From Malacoraja senta (lineage: Eukaryota), in assembly GCA_038087875.1 (NCBI GenBank), contig CM075978.1:78616001-78680000 (forward strand): a DNA stretch of 64,000 nucleotides, in the 5' to 3' direction. Shown here piece after piece: positions 1-13,592 of the stretch. Below the pieces are notes generated by a model. It was given only the letters and a program-made list of their open reading frames with translations. It was not told the origin of the DNA and searched no databases. Position 1 is the first letter of the stretch. Each line of letters opens with the position of its first letter. Position numbers and translations under genes: made by a program.

Positions 1-1084
1 AGGAGGTATTGGCTGTTTTAAAGCATATTAAGATAGATAAATTCCCAGAGCCTGACCAAGTACATCCCTGGATTTTGTGGGAGCTAGAAAGGAAATCGAA
101 GAGGTCCTTGCAAAGATATTTGCATGATCTTTATCCACAGTTGAAGTTCTGGAAGACTGAGGGTGGACAATGTTGTACCATTATTTAAGCAAAGACAAGC
201 CAGGAAACTACAGGCTGGTGTGCCTGATGTCAGTGGTGGGAACGTTGTTGGACAAGATTCTTAGGGACAGGATCCATCAGCACGTGACATAGGCATGGAG
301 AAAATCATGTCTCACTAATCTGATAGAGTTTTTTGAAAAGGGTTGATGAGGGCAGGGCAGTGAATGTTGTCTATATGGACTTTAACAAGGCCTTTGACAA
401 GGTCCCACATGATAGGCTAAATTGGAAGCTTTGATTACATGGAATCCATGGAGAACTGGCCAATTGGATTCAAAATTTCACTATTTGCTAATTTCAATGG
501 AATTCTTCAGCCAACCTCAGCTCAACGCACGCCGGGCCAGCCGACAGCCCCGGACCGACGACACCAGCGGCCCCAGTCAGCACGGAGAAGAAGCGCCAAC
601 TCCAGCCCAACCCCGCTCCCCGACAGGCCGCGGACTGCTAGCGGCCAACACCCCCCCGGCGCCGGTGAAAGCCAAGCACATCCATACACACAAAGCAACT
701 CAGCGTCCTCCCCGCGCCGTCTGCAAGCCCGGCCCGACACCTCCGGCTGTCCCCGGACAGGGACGGGACACCCGGGAGGGGATGGGGATGGCCCAGCAGC
801 AACTCAACAGACCTGGCGAGACACCGACCACGGAGGAGCACGTTCTCGCTCACTCACCAAAGCATAAAGCAATAAAAACAACAAAATAATCTTAGCTTTT
901 AACAAAGGAACAATAAATACTACTTCATAGTTTGAAAGCAGTATTTTCTTACCTAGAAGAATCAAAGCTGGAAAAAACAGAAGAAATGAAGGTCCACTGC
1001 TTCACTGCTTTCCAGGGCTGTTTATGCACTGTGACCTTTGACCCGGGCATGCGCAGTCGGAATACCAACCTCGCTTATTGGCTA

Positions 1085-1871
1085 CATGGCAGCACAGCGG
1101 TAGAGTTGCTGCCTTACAGTGCCAGAGACCAGGGTTCGATCATGACTACGGGTGATTGTCTGGACAAAGTTTGTACGTTCGCCCCGTGACATGCGTGGGT
1201 TTTCACCAGGATCCACGGTTTCCTCCCACACTCCAAAGACGTACAGGTTCGTACGTTGATTGTCTTGGTATACTTGTAATTGGCCCTAATGTGTGTAGGA
1301 TAGCATTTGTAGGAGCCATTTAAGCTTAAGTCAGTATATTATAGCTATGTTTAATATTTCTTGTTTTTATCTGTCTGTACGTTGAAAGGTGGGATTTGAT
1401 ACGTAGAGGTGTGTGTCTACATTGGAGAAGACTAGCACAGACTCATAGATTGGGAGTTTAGTTTAGTCTCGGAGGATGGTGAGAAAACAGTCTTTTACCA
1501 CACGGTAACAACGGCACGGTCATGACTGTAATGTCTGAAGAAGAAACAGTTAATATGAACAAAAAGTTATGAATTATTTCTTTGTTTTGTATGTAGAGGG
1601 TTGTGTCTACATCGGGGTCACAGGTGTAATAAAAGACCAAATAATCAAGAAACAGCATTTGGAAGATTCATTTTTGCTATCTTTAGAGTGCGGTGAGTGC
1701 GTAAACTATATCTCCACCACATCCCCGAGGAGTAATGGCTATCGAAGTTGGACTTTGAGAACGTATAAAAACTGCCATTATAGCATTAGTGTGCGAGGAT
1801 CGCTGTCGGTGCGGACTCAGTGGGCCGATGGGCCTGTTTCCGCGCTGTATCTCTAAACTAAATTAAACTAA
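1085..1871 (+). mobile_element. tRNA-derived HE1/V-SINE-like element split by a solo LTR
   Basis: Pol III B-box GGTTCGATC, central GGTTTCCTCCCACACTCCAAAGAC domain and (CTAAA)n tail; matches the intact copy at 44491. Confidence 0.8.
1308..1782 (+). mobile_element. Probable solo LTR
   Basis: TGTA...TATA termini, GCATT direct repeat at 1303-1307 and 1783-1787, internal AATAAA; the SINE resumes exactly after it. Confidence 0.65.
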
Positions 1872-2334
1872 GCTCACCTTGGATGCTGCTGTTTGTTATA
1901 TACATTAACGATTTGAATGACAATGTGGTAACATTTACTGATGCCACCAAAAATGGTGGTACAGTTGAGTGTGGAATGTTATCTAAGTTTAAAAAAGATC
2001 TAGATCAGTTTGGAAGGTAGGCTAAGTAATTTAACTCTGAGGTGTTGCAATTTGTTGTCAAACCAGAGCAGGATTTACACAGTACAACGTTGGAGAGTGT
2101 AGTAGAACAGGGAGAATCTCGGGGTGGAGGCGCATAGTTCTTTAAAAGCAACAAGTTAGGTGGACAGCGTGGTGAAGAAGACATTTGGCACACTTGCACA
2201 TGGCACACAAATGTATCGTGGAATATAGAGTCGAACCATATATTAAATACCATATTTTCCATGGAAATTGCTGAACTCATACTAAGAAATTGGCCTAAAA
2301 TGTACTGAAAAATGGTGTCAGACCAATGGCATTA

Positions 2335-2511
<177 letters not shown>

Positions 2512-3699
2512 TCACAAATTTTAGCAAAAACAGTACTAATTTGCCTAGATCCTCTGTGACTCATTCCATTCTACCCCTGGTTCTTCGCTCATTTCCCATT
2601 TAATTTATAATTTCTTTCCGCAAAGGTTTATTTTCCAGTATTATCTCAATTGTTTCTATTCCTATAGTTCTAGTTTGAGTCACTATCTATTTTATAATAT
2701 TGAATAAGACCACAAAATGGTCAAGATCAGAGAACTATTCTTCATCTGCTTTACATCTACAATCACAAATATTGCAATATAACATGGAATATAACCAAAC
2801 TGAATATTCACAGCTCTCAGAGTTAGAGAGTTACAAAGATTTCAATGAAGGTACATCTTGTTATTCTAAACATCAGTGACTAACAGCAGTCTTGCAGACT
2901 CCCCATTTGACAACCGCTCATGTTGTTTCCCCTCATCGTGTCTTATTGCCATCCATGCCATCTCGCATCATGTGACAACTCTATAACAACTATTATATCA
3001 AACCCAATTTTCTCTATTAATGCCACTTGTTTATCTAACTTGTTACACATTCAGATGTGGTCTTTACTTTTAACATTTTAATATCTTTCCTTGATTTTGT
3101 GGAGACCCGAGAGACTGATGCAGGCCTATGACCCAAAACGTCTACAACTCCATTTCCCCCAACAGATGCGGTTCAATCTGTGGAATTCCTTCAGCAGTTT
3201 TTAAGGGCAATTACGGACAGAAAACGCTAGCCTTGCCAATTATGCCAACATCTTACACACATATTAAAAAATCTGGAGACCCTTTCTGAACATACAGTAA
3301 CACCTTCAAATGTATGTAGCAAGTGGAAATGCCACTTTGTGACAGTTAATATATGTTCAGCTTTGATTAATGTGTTGGAGGTGTGACCCTTATTTTACAC
3401 CCACGCTGCTGAGTTTCCAGGGTGGCTTGGTGTTGTCAATAGCCACAACATTGGAGATTCCCATTTATTTATTTATTTTTTGGTTAGTTAGTTAGTTAGT
3501 TTATTGCACCAAGTTCTGGTGGGGGAAACTTCTTACAGTATCTCTTTCCGCGTTGGGGAGATACTTTTTCACGGTGTCTCTGCCTCTGAACTGCAACAAC
3601 TAGGAGCTTGTCTCTTTGTTGTCTACACCAGTGGAGCTCCAACCTCCCCGACTGGCTGGCTTCGCCAGGGTTACATCAGAAATCCCCAAGGAACTTGAG

Positions 3700-4470
3700 G
3701 AGGAAATACTGTGGCGCTGAATTCACACATTATGAAGTCCCTGGAGAGGTTGGTACTCACTCACCTGTGACCCCTGGTTAAACCCTACCTGGACCCCCTG
3801 CAGTTCGCTTACCAAACAAAAATGGGGTTTGTGGACGCCATCATCCACCTGCACCATCGTTCCTATGCTCACCTGGATAAGCCGGGAAGCTTTTTTTTAC
3901 TTCTCCAGTGCTTTCAACATCATGCGGCCTGCACAGCTAGGGTGCAACGTTTTCAGATGACTCTGCAATTGTGGGCTGCATCAGTGAGGGGAGAGAAGCT
4001 GAATACAGAGGTTGGGATGGGCTGAATCACCTGCAGCTCAACACCGACAAGACTAAGGAGTTAGTGGTGGACTTTAGGAGGAGAAGAACACCCCTGTCCC
4101 CCGTCTCCATCAATGGTGTGGATGTGCAGTTTACCAGGGAGTACAAATACCTTGTAATGTACCTGGACAGTAAACTGGACTGGTCCAGGAACGCCAAGGC
4201 CCTGTACAAGAAGGGACAGAGCAGACTGTACTTTTTTGAGAACGCTCTGCTCCTTCAATGTCAGAAGTAAGATGCTGCAGACGTTCTACCAATCGGTGGT
4301 AGCGAGTGCCATCCTCTTCACAGTTGTGTGTTGGGACAGCAAGGCGAAGGCCGCGGACGCCAATAGGATCAACAAACTCATCAAGAAGGCTGGCTCCATC
4401 CAGGGGACGGAGTTGGATTCATGGGAGATGGTCTTGGAGGGCCTTTTGCACATGACAGACTTTCTGCCCA
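3700..4470 (+). mobile_element. Rex1/Babar-type LINE RT fragment, internally deleted
   Basis: Peptides HIMKSLERLVL, LDPLQFAYQ, HLQLNTDKTKELVVDFRR, KKGQSRLYF. Confidence 0.8.
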
Positions 4471-5251
4471 CCTGAATGTAATTTATCCTCCTGAGGTACT
4501 ACTACTCAATGAGACAACTTTGTAAGATGCATGGATAAGAATTCAAAATAGAACCATGATAGGCCATTCAGCTCCTCATGCCTGCTCCGTTATTCAATAA
4601 GATCATGACTGATCTGTTTACATCAAAGCCGCTATCAAATACTAATGTTATTTCCTCCATTCCCTTCATCTATTGATTGCGCACCAATGGAAATACAGAG
4701 AGATGCCTGCTACTAACCTTGACTGGACTTGACCATGCCTTAATTTCAGAAATTTGTTTACTTCTATGGAAGAAACATAACCAATTATATTTAAGATGTT
4801 CCTGAATAAGAACCCTGACGATGGCCAAAAATTCTGTAACAGAGATCTGCGACTGTTACAGAACAGCCAGGGGAGGAAAGAGTGTCTCAATGTAATGGCA
4901 CAAAAAAAATACCATGTTTAAAATTATGCAGGTGCCCCATTACCTTCCATTGACTGCAAAAAATTATCTGATATCTGATTGCTGACTTTATCTCACTAGT
5001 CACAGTATTTTGTGATAAAACAATACAAGATGTTTGGCAAAAGAGGTAACAGTGTTCCCACCAGCATATCTGTTTACTTAAAGTGCTTTAGAGACCTGAC
5101 AAATCTATGTTCTGCTCATCCAGCTTAACACGCATCCATGTCTCTCCCTAAAGGTCTAAGAATGTCAGGATTTAGATTTGCTCTCCCCAGAACAGAAATA
5201 ATTAAACTTCAATATGTATATATTAGAAAAGTGCACTTAGTTATGATGTTA

Positions 5252-5371
<120 letters not shown>

Positions 5372-7191
5372 CTATCAGAAAAAGTTATCATGATTAAGAG
5401 CAATAACAATACATTTTCACATTGTATGAATTATTTCAAGTGATTCATTACTTATAGAAAATAATTCTTTATTGTTTCTCATGTTTACTTGGTATTAATA
5501 AATGTTAAGCAAAGAAAGATTGTCAGTAAATAATATGTGAATGTATTGCAAACATTTTCAAATATATGAACAGTTAAAAATATTTAATCCAAGCAACTGC
5601 GCATAGTGAAATGGATATTCAGTTTCTGAACATTAAACTTTAATTCATTTATTGGTTTTGAATGAGTACTCAATTCTAAATCTGTTATTATTTTATGTGC
5701 TGTATGGGGCCAGATGTGGTAGGTATTAAATTAAATACTTCCATTTATCAAAACAAATCTTTCTTAGACACCTTCAGTCACAGTGAGTGTGGGTGCCAAA
5801 CCAAATGAAACTAGTGAGAAATTTGCCAGAAGACTTTCAACCAAAAAAAATCCCAAATCAAATAATATTATGTTTATAAAATGTACAGAGTCACACCTTG
5901 CAGTCAAACTGATAAGACAAAACACACTAACAATCCAAATAAGCTAACTGGCCACTGAACAACGGCCTTTAAATATCAATAGAAATTGTACATTCGAAGC
6001 CATGATTTCTGAGATGAATTAACAAAGTAGATGTCAAAAGCTGCTTCATAAACATGTGCAACCTGAGGCACAAGGTGGTAAATGGCATGATAAATTAGTA
6101 TTTGTGAACCCTGTAATAGCACAAACTGTAAAGCAGCAGTCTCAATTTAAAATGTGGCAATTGGCAAATTCTTCACATGAAATTGTCAAGCATTCAATAC
6201 CTTAGCATCATTTGTTGGAGGTAAAACAGATAACTCTAAGTGGAAATTCAATCCACCTCCACAATCATATCCTTTTAATTTGGTCTCAGTCAATCCAACA
6301 ACCTGTTTCTAAGATTAGTTTAATGATATCGGAAAGCAATTCTGAAGTCTTCAGTGGAAGGTGACAAAAGGAAAATAATTGCCCCATAAGTAACACTGGT
6401 TTATGACAGTATCCTCATAATTTTATTTCCTCATTTTATATTAGTTGAATTACAGTCATATCTACAGAATCATCATTTGAATGCCTTATATGAAAATGAA
6501 AATCAAAAGCAATTCAATTAATCATCTGTATAGTATAGACAAATAAGCATTTTGGAATAGGTCTTTCTACACTTCAAGTTTGTATATTAAAATAAAGATT
6601 GTCCAAAAAATAATATTTAGATTCATTTGCTTAAAGTTGCTTGGCAATTAATCTCAGGTCAGCTAGTTTATATTAGCAATTATTTGTTACTTGACAGATT
6701 GCGATAAACTAGTTTAAGCAATATCAGACATTAGAAAATAATCTCTCAGTAATGATCGTACCAAATTCAGAGGTCTTTTTCAACAAAGTTTATAGAAGTT
6801 GCAATGTTTACTGAATATTTAAATTAATTAGTTCATATTCATAGTATTCTCTAAATGTTACATAAATTTACAACTTTGAAATAAGTTTAGTGACAAAAAT
6901 ATTGATTAAAACTGTATTTAATTGAAGAATGCAACATTGCTTAATCAGGTTTTCAATTAAAAATTCCACCTAGTCACCAAGTTTTACTTTAGTTTTTGGT
7001 GAAAACCGAAAAAGGTGAATTTCCTGTCCCTGTCCATTATTCCTTTCCAGTTATATCAGTGAAAGCTGATTCACAAGGGCTTTTTTCCCCACTCTTGCTA
7101 AAACTAAGAATGAAAGTGTCTCCCCATTGTAGATTATATTTCAAACTCAAAAAAAGTACCAGAATTGATCATAACACATAAATCAGGGCAC

Positions 7192-7394
7192 CTTATCCAA
7201 GGCATGTAAAGCAAATATAGGCCCATCGTGGGCTTTGACGGTCTTGAGTAGAAGGTTATTTTTCCAGATGTAAACATCTCCACTCGCAGCTCCAGAGAAA
7301 ATCATGTCTTCCATTCGACCATATGCCACACACATCATTGTCTCCAATTTCCCCATGTTACCAAATATTCCCCGTTTAGAAGTAAGGCCACCAC
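7192..7394 (-). CDS. EML6: EML6 exon: GGGLTSKRGIFGNMGKLETMMCVAYGRMED...KAHDGPIFALHALDK
   Basis: Acceptor TTTTAG, donor GTGCCC; 203 nt, phase 1-0. Confidence 0.93.
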
Positions 7395-7689
7395 CTAAAA
7401 TATGAGATCATTGTTTGTTAAATTATAATAAACTTTATAAAAGCTGTTTCAAAGAAATGTTTTGCCATGAAAAACTAGTGCCATTCTGCCAAATGTATAT
7501 ATAATACTATTCAGTAAAATTGTGGTCTAAACTGACTAACCGTTACAGTGTTAACAAACTGTTAAGATCAAATTGTGATTAAATATTAATTGGTGTGTAT
7601 ACTTCCTAGCTTAGAATTGCCAGAATAATTACTAATGTGAAGGAAAGGCAGTTAACATATCTAGTTCAAAATCTAGTTGACCACCAGGT

Positions 7690-8940
7690 GGTGCCTCGCC
7701 AAGCCTGTCTGTCCTTACTGTCTGTCCTTACATTGATGACTGTATTGGTGCTACCTCATGCACCTATGCAGAACTCGCTGACTTCATCCATTTCACCACT
7801 AATTTCTATTCGGCACTCAAATTCACCTGGACCATTTTCGACATCTCCCTACCGTTCCTAGATATCACCATCTCCATCGCAGGTGACAGACTGCTGACTG
7901 ACATCTACTACAAACCCACTGACTCCCATGGCTATCTGGACTACACTTCTTCCCACCCTGCTTCCTGTGAAGACTCTTGCCCCTACTCCCAATTCCACCA
8001 TCTACGTGGCATCTGCACCCAGGATGAGGTGTTCCAGACCAGGGCATCGGAGATGTCCTCATTCTTTAGGGAACGAGGGTTCCCCTCTTCTATTATAGAT
8101 GAGGCTCTCACCAGGGTCTCCTCTATATCCCGCAGCTCCGCTCTTACTCCCCATCCCCCTACTCGTAACAAGGACAGAGTAGAGTCCCCCTTGTCCTCAC
8201 CTTCCACCCTACCAGCCGTCGCATACAACATATAATCCTCTGACATTTTCGCCACCTCCAACGAGATCCCACCACAGGCCACATCTTCACATCTCCTCCC
8301 CTTTCTGCTTTCAGCATAGACCATTCCCTCCTTAACATCCTGGTCAATTCGTCCCTTCCCACCCAAACCACCCCCTCCCCGGGTAATTTCCCTTGCAACC
8401 GCAGGAAATGCTACACTTGTCGCTTTACCTCCCCCCTCGGACCAAGGACCCAGGCAGTCTTTCCAGGTGAGGCAGAGGTTCACCTGCACCTCCTCCAACC
8501 TCATCTACTGCATCCGTTGTTCCAGGTGTCATCGTCTCGATTCGCCCAACACCTCCGCTCAGTTCGCACTAATCAACCTGATCTCATGGTGGCTCAGCAC
8601 TTCAACTCCCCCTCCCATTCTGAATCTGACCTTTCTGTCCTGGGCCTCCTCCTTTGCCAGAGTGAGGTCCAGCGCAAATTGGAAGAACAGCACCTCTTAT
8701 TTCGCTTGGGTAGTTTACACCCCAGCGGTATGAACATTGATTTCTCCAATTTCAGATAGTTCTTGCTTTCTCCCTCCTTCCCTTTCCCCCATCCCCGCTC
8801 TCCCACAAGCCTACTGTCTCTGCCACTTCCTTTCTTTTTCCCGCCCCCCCCAACATCAGTCTGAAGAAGGGTCTCGACCTGAAACGTCGCCTATTCCTTC
8901 TCTCCATAGATGCTTCTCTCCAGCATTTTTGTCTACCTTC
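7690..8940 (+). mobile_element. Penelope-like element, 5'-truncated (RT C-terminus, partly deleted GIY-YIG, 3' module)
   Basis: YIDDCIG, YYKPTDSHGYLDYTSSHP, YSQF, FTCTSSNLIYCIRCSRC and VAQHFN motifs typical of PLE RT/GIY-YIG. Confidence 0.9.
8858..8892 (+). ncRNA. Minimal type I hammerhead ribozyme core at the PLE 3' end
   Basis: CTGAAGA-A-GGGTCTCGACCT-GAAA-CGTC matches CUGANGA/stem II/GAAA/NUH with a palindromic ACGU stem III. Confidence 0.7.
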
Positions 8941-8949
8941 ATCCTTTCC

Positions 8950-9546
8950 TTCTTTGTTGTTTTTTTAGTATGTTTTAAATGTATGTTTTAGTGTTGTTTA
9001 GCTTGTTTTATGTTGGGGGTGGTTTGGGGAAACTTTTTTTAATCTCTTACCAAAACTGAGAAGCGATTTTTTTTCCGTATCATATCTCCGTCCCCACTGT
9101 GGCCTAACATCAAGCAGTTGGTGGCCTCTGCTGGAGACCAACCTCTGGAGCTCCAGCCGCGGGAACCTACGGACTTAACATCGTGGAGCTCACGGTCCCT
9201 GGTTAGAGACTGACTTCGGGAGCTCCAAGCTGCAGGAGCTTCGACTGCCCCGACACAGGGGCTTCGATCGCCCCGATGTGGGGGGTTCGATCTCCGGCTG
9301 TGGGAGCTTCGATCGCCCCGACTGCGGATGGTTCAACTGCCCCAACCGCGGGAGAATAAAGAGGAAGAAGCTGGACTTTATTGCTTTCCATCATAGTGAG
9401 GAATGTGGGGAACCCGCTGTGGTGGATGTTTATGTTAACTTTTATGTAGTTGTGTGTCTTGTTGCTTTCTTTTAGTTATGGCTGTATGGTAATTCGAGTT
9501 TCACTGTACCTTAATTGGTACATGTGATAATAAACTGACCTTTGAA
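8950..9546 (+). mobile_element. Non-autonomous retroposon with internal ~24-nt tandem repeats and a LINE-like 3' tail
   Basis: Repeats of GCTTCGATCGCCCCGAC; tail GCCTTCC..CACAGTG...AATTTCAC...AATAAA related to 35745-35890 and 37300-37500. Confidence 0.55.
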
Positions 9547-10615
9547 ATAATATCTAGCATAGTAAATATTGCAACTTTCATTTGGTTTCATAGGACAGAA
9601 ATATATCCAAGATTTTCTCAATCATATATCTAAATTCAATACCAGGAGAATAATTTATGTATATTAAGCTGGAGCATTTAGAGTTAATACTCAGGCATTT
9701 CTGGTAAGCTAGATGCTGTACTTGAAGCTGAATCTTCCAAATGCAACCATAATATTAATTTAGTATTCCTGATTTCAATTATTACCTCAAGCTATATGAC
9801 AATTCAATTCATGTAGAATTTTGTATTTTATTGCAAAAAGCTTGAATTAATCACTTTAATGAATCAAAGCTTCCATCCTGTGGATTAATATTGAAGTACA
9901 GATTCTGTGAAGTACACACAGGAGCCAATTTGTAAATAGCATGGACCCACATACAGCTGAGATAAATAAATCATTATTTTGTTAAAGAATAAATATTCAC
10001 GAATATACTGGTAAACCCTCCCCTTTTCTTTGAATGGTGTCATTGGATCTTTTATAACAATTATGGACTAAATTTCACATTTTATTCAAAAATAGAAACT
10101 TGGACAATGCACTGGTCTGTATACTCCACTGTATACTAAATTTCCACCTTCAGTATGTACACAAGTTCTGTAGCAGAGCTTCAAACCATATCTTACTGAC
10201 CCAGAGGTGTTGGTTGCCACTTTGCCAAACTGCCAATTATGTTTATTATTCAATACTGAATACTTTAATAATAATTTGTTATACAAATACTTTAAAACAT
10301 CAACCATTCCATCTATCCAAACTTCTGTTAATGCTCTGACGTCCTGATGTACCAAAAAATACAGTAGGGTCAACCTTACATTTATTTACATTGCAGGTAT
10401 AAAGATGGGAAATCGAGATGCAGATCATATTTGAGATATGTCAGTGCAACATGGTTTGAGATATTTAATTAACAGAACAAACTTTTTCTATCAGTAGAAG
10501 TCATGAATGAAATTCACTTCTTCATTCTTACGCAAAACAAATGATTATGGTTTCCAGATTCATTTCTTAAAGAATTGAAGTTGTCGTGATTTTGTTTGTA
10601 TTTTCGGTTGGAATG

Positions 10616-10905
10616 TCAAGATTCAAGATTCAAGAGAGTTTATTGTCATGTGTCCCAGGTAGGACAATGAAATTCTTGCTTTGCTTCAGCATAACAGAAT
10701 ATAGAAGGCATGAATACAGAACAGATCAGTGTATCCATATACCATTGTATAAATATATACACACATGAATTAATAAAACAGATAAAGTGCAAATAGACAG
10801 ATAATGGGCTATTAATGTTCAGAGTTTTGTTTGAGTTGAGTTCAATAGCCTGATGGCTGTGGGGAAGGAACTGTTTCTGAACCTGGACGTTGCAGTCTTC
10901 AGGCT
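10616..10905 (-). mobile_element. Rex/L2-type LINE 3' end fragment
   Basis: (TCAAGAT)n tail, TTTATTGTC and the coding end ...VQVQKQFLP. Confidence 0.65.
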
Positions 10906-11873
10906 GCAATGTGTCAATCCTTATGTGTTTTCTACTATTTCTAAAAACATATCCTCAGGTTATTTTGTGTGCCAAATGGTGATTTTACTGTGCCATTTAA
11001 TGTGCCAATATACATTTCCTATTGAAACTTATGATATTTGGAAAAAGAGCAGATTAAATTATAAATACCAAGCAGACAAGGTAATAAACGTTTATCAACA
11101 GCAGCAGAATAACATTTATGTTATTGCCCACACACAGTGTACAAACACAGATGAAGGATAAATGGTACTGGCATCTTTCCAGACTGAGAAACAGGCCTTT
11201 ACAACTACTGGGGTTCTCCGAGCCTTCAAGGAAGATTAAGGATAGAAAGGAACTTGGCAGTGAGGGGAACAATCATGAGGAATCAAATCTTTCCACGAAA
11301 GATCTTTCCAACACACACGGGAAAGGCATGTATTTGCTGGATCCAGTGCCATGTATTCCCAAGCTCTAGAAAAACTAATCTCAGTTGTTAAACTTAATTG
11401 ACCTTTGAACTCAAAGGAAAAAAACCTCAGTTGAGTATTGTAATCAGGGACATTCCCAAAATAGCCATAATTAAACAACCCTGCCCAAGTCCATTCCAAC
11501 CCCATTTAGCCTTTATGAACATGCAGGTAAAAGTCCCCCTCACATTGTACAAATATATTAATTTGCAGGTGCACAGTCCAGTGACTAAATTCTTTCTTCA
11601 AATTCTGCCAGCATAAAAAAGAAGTTTTGATTTGGTGTAAATATTATTCTCAAGCATCTTAACAGCATATGATGATTTTACACACTAATAAAACACTTTA
11701 AATTACCATTTATTGTTTGACACTACTACTTTGATAGTAGCTACTTCGATAGTTAACAGCAGTTAACTATAAACCGATATAAATTTATAATGGAAATAAT
11801 AATTGTATTATTATTTAACCTTAAGTTTTAATCTTATTCAATTCTGCAATGTAATTGAATGTAGAGTGCCTAC

Positions 11874-11974
11874 CTGCATGTTGCCAGAATTTTATATGTT
11901 TGATTCCAACAGTAACAAGCTTGTCGACATGCTGAGGATTGCATTTCACTACAAATATCTTATCTTTATGTCCC
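11874..11974 (-). CDS. EML6: EML6 exon: GHKDKIFVVKCNPQHVDKLVTVGIKHIKFWQHA
   Basis: Acceptor CTTTAG, donor GTAGGC; 101 nt, phase 2-1; follows a short 114-nt intron. Confidence 0.93.
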
Positions 11975-12078
11975 CTAAAGATATGAAAGTTATTTTAAAC
12001 AGAATTTTCAATACAAAACAGTCACTGAACCAAATCATTTACAAAATGTTATTGTTACCAATGAGATAAAGAAAATTA

Positions 12079-12213
<135 letters not shown>

Positions 12214-12776
12214 TTAAGTATAAAATATACTGATTTTGTTTTGTTTTATACCGATACAATGACATATTTTCACTAAAAACAATTTGATGGAAATAGTGTT
12301 TCTTTTAAAACAAGTCACAATGAGCCCAAACAATGTATCATATGCGCATCCATTTAAAAAAATAGGACATAAGTTCTGAACAATAACTTTGAAAAACCAT
12401 ACCATACTATAAAATGATTTGATGTACGGTACACGCATATTTTTCTAGTCTGTAAGTAGCACAAACCCAGATGCTCCTCCTTGACATTCAACTTCATCAC
12501 TTTTGCTGAATCCCTAACCATCAGGATCTTGGGTATCATTGTTGATCATAAATTTAACTGGACTAGCCACATGAATATTGCATTTGTCAACAAGAGCAAA
12601 TCAAAGGCTATACATTTAATAATGGGCAATTCACCTCAGACTTTGTATCACTTTCCCACCATCTGCAACTCATGAATTGGAAGAGTCTGTTGAATTGCAG
12701 CTCTAGCAATACACAAGGAGCTTATAACGGTACCCGGACGTGGCGTCGAAGGACGAGAAGCCGAAGCGAAGAAGTG

Positions 12777-13010
12777 GAAGCCAAATAACCAAACGGAAAC
12801 AATGGTGAAAAGCCAAATAACCGAAAGCGTTCAATGCCGAAAAGCCAAATAACCGAACGGATGCGATGCCAAAAAGCCAAATAACCGAACAAACGCAACG
12901 GCGAAAAGCCAAATAACTGAAAGGGCACGTCGCCGAAAAGCCAAATAACCGAAAAGGCTCAACGCGAAAAGCCAACTAACTGAACGGAACGCCGAAAAGC
13001 CAAATAACGG
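12777..13010 (+). repeat. Subterminal array: 8 x GAAAAGCCAAATAACCGAA with 7 variable ~13-nt spacers (32-nt period)
   Basis: Read directly from the sequence. Confidence 0.95.
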
Positions 13011-13454
13011 ACATGACGTTGCCGGAGGGCGGGACTTGTCAGCGATTGGTTCAGACCCCCGCGGCCATCACATCACTGGCCGGGGGAGACGGGAGGGTGG
13101 GGGTCATTTTCCCACATAAGACCGCCCCGGGGCTGGAGGGTGACTGGGCACTCTGAACCCGAGCACCAAGGTGTAAGTGGCCGAAGGAGCACATCTCTCG
13201 GGACAGCCAGCACTCTCCCCGCGGGGTCAGCGCTGTCCGGCCATGGCTGCCCTCCGCCTCATCTACCCCTTGCGGCCGCACTGTGACGGGCTGTGGGTTG
13301 GCAGCGCACAGACACACGGAGCCGGGTGGAGCGGGGCCGCGGCTCCGGGCAGCAGACACACGTTGAACGAAAACCAGGCAACATCCCCGTCAGCTGCAGC
13401 AGAGTTGAGGACAGTCTGGTCCCTCCGCCCACCCAGAGTCACTGACCGCCACCG

Positions 13455-13592
13455 GCACCCGACCCCCACACCAGGGTGATTCACCCCCTGACCCCTGGAC
13501 CCCGACCCACACACGGGGTGATTCACCCCACCCCGACCCACACACGGAGAGATTCACCCCCCGACACCCACACCGGGTGATTCACCCCCTCC
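13455..13592 (+). repeat. Second-tier ~30-nt tandem repeat (CCCCGACCCACACACGGGGTGATTCACCC) inside the left arm
   Basis: About 4 degenerate units; fewer units in the right arm (14840-14905). Confidence 0.8.

Larger units (their letters stand above)
1..2250 (+). mobile_element. Decayed CR1 LINE ORF2 fragment (1-477 and ~1872-2250) interrupted by three nested insertions
   Basis: Decayed CR1 RT peptides (GNYRLV.LMSVVG, VYMDFNKAFDKVPHDRL, LLFVIYINDL); end coordinate approximate. Confidence 0.8.

Noticed and set aside
422-889. GC-rich ORFs here and at 13051-13541, 14734-15310, 32434-32902, 36700-37304 and 60848-61404 as protein genes
   Set aside because: Low-complexity Pro/Arg/Gly/Ala translations in several overlapping frames, as expected from stop-poor GC-rich repeats; no recognisable domains.
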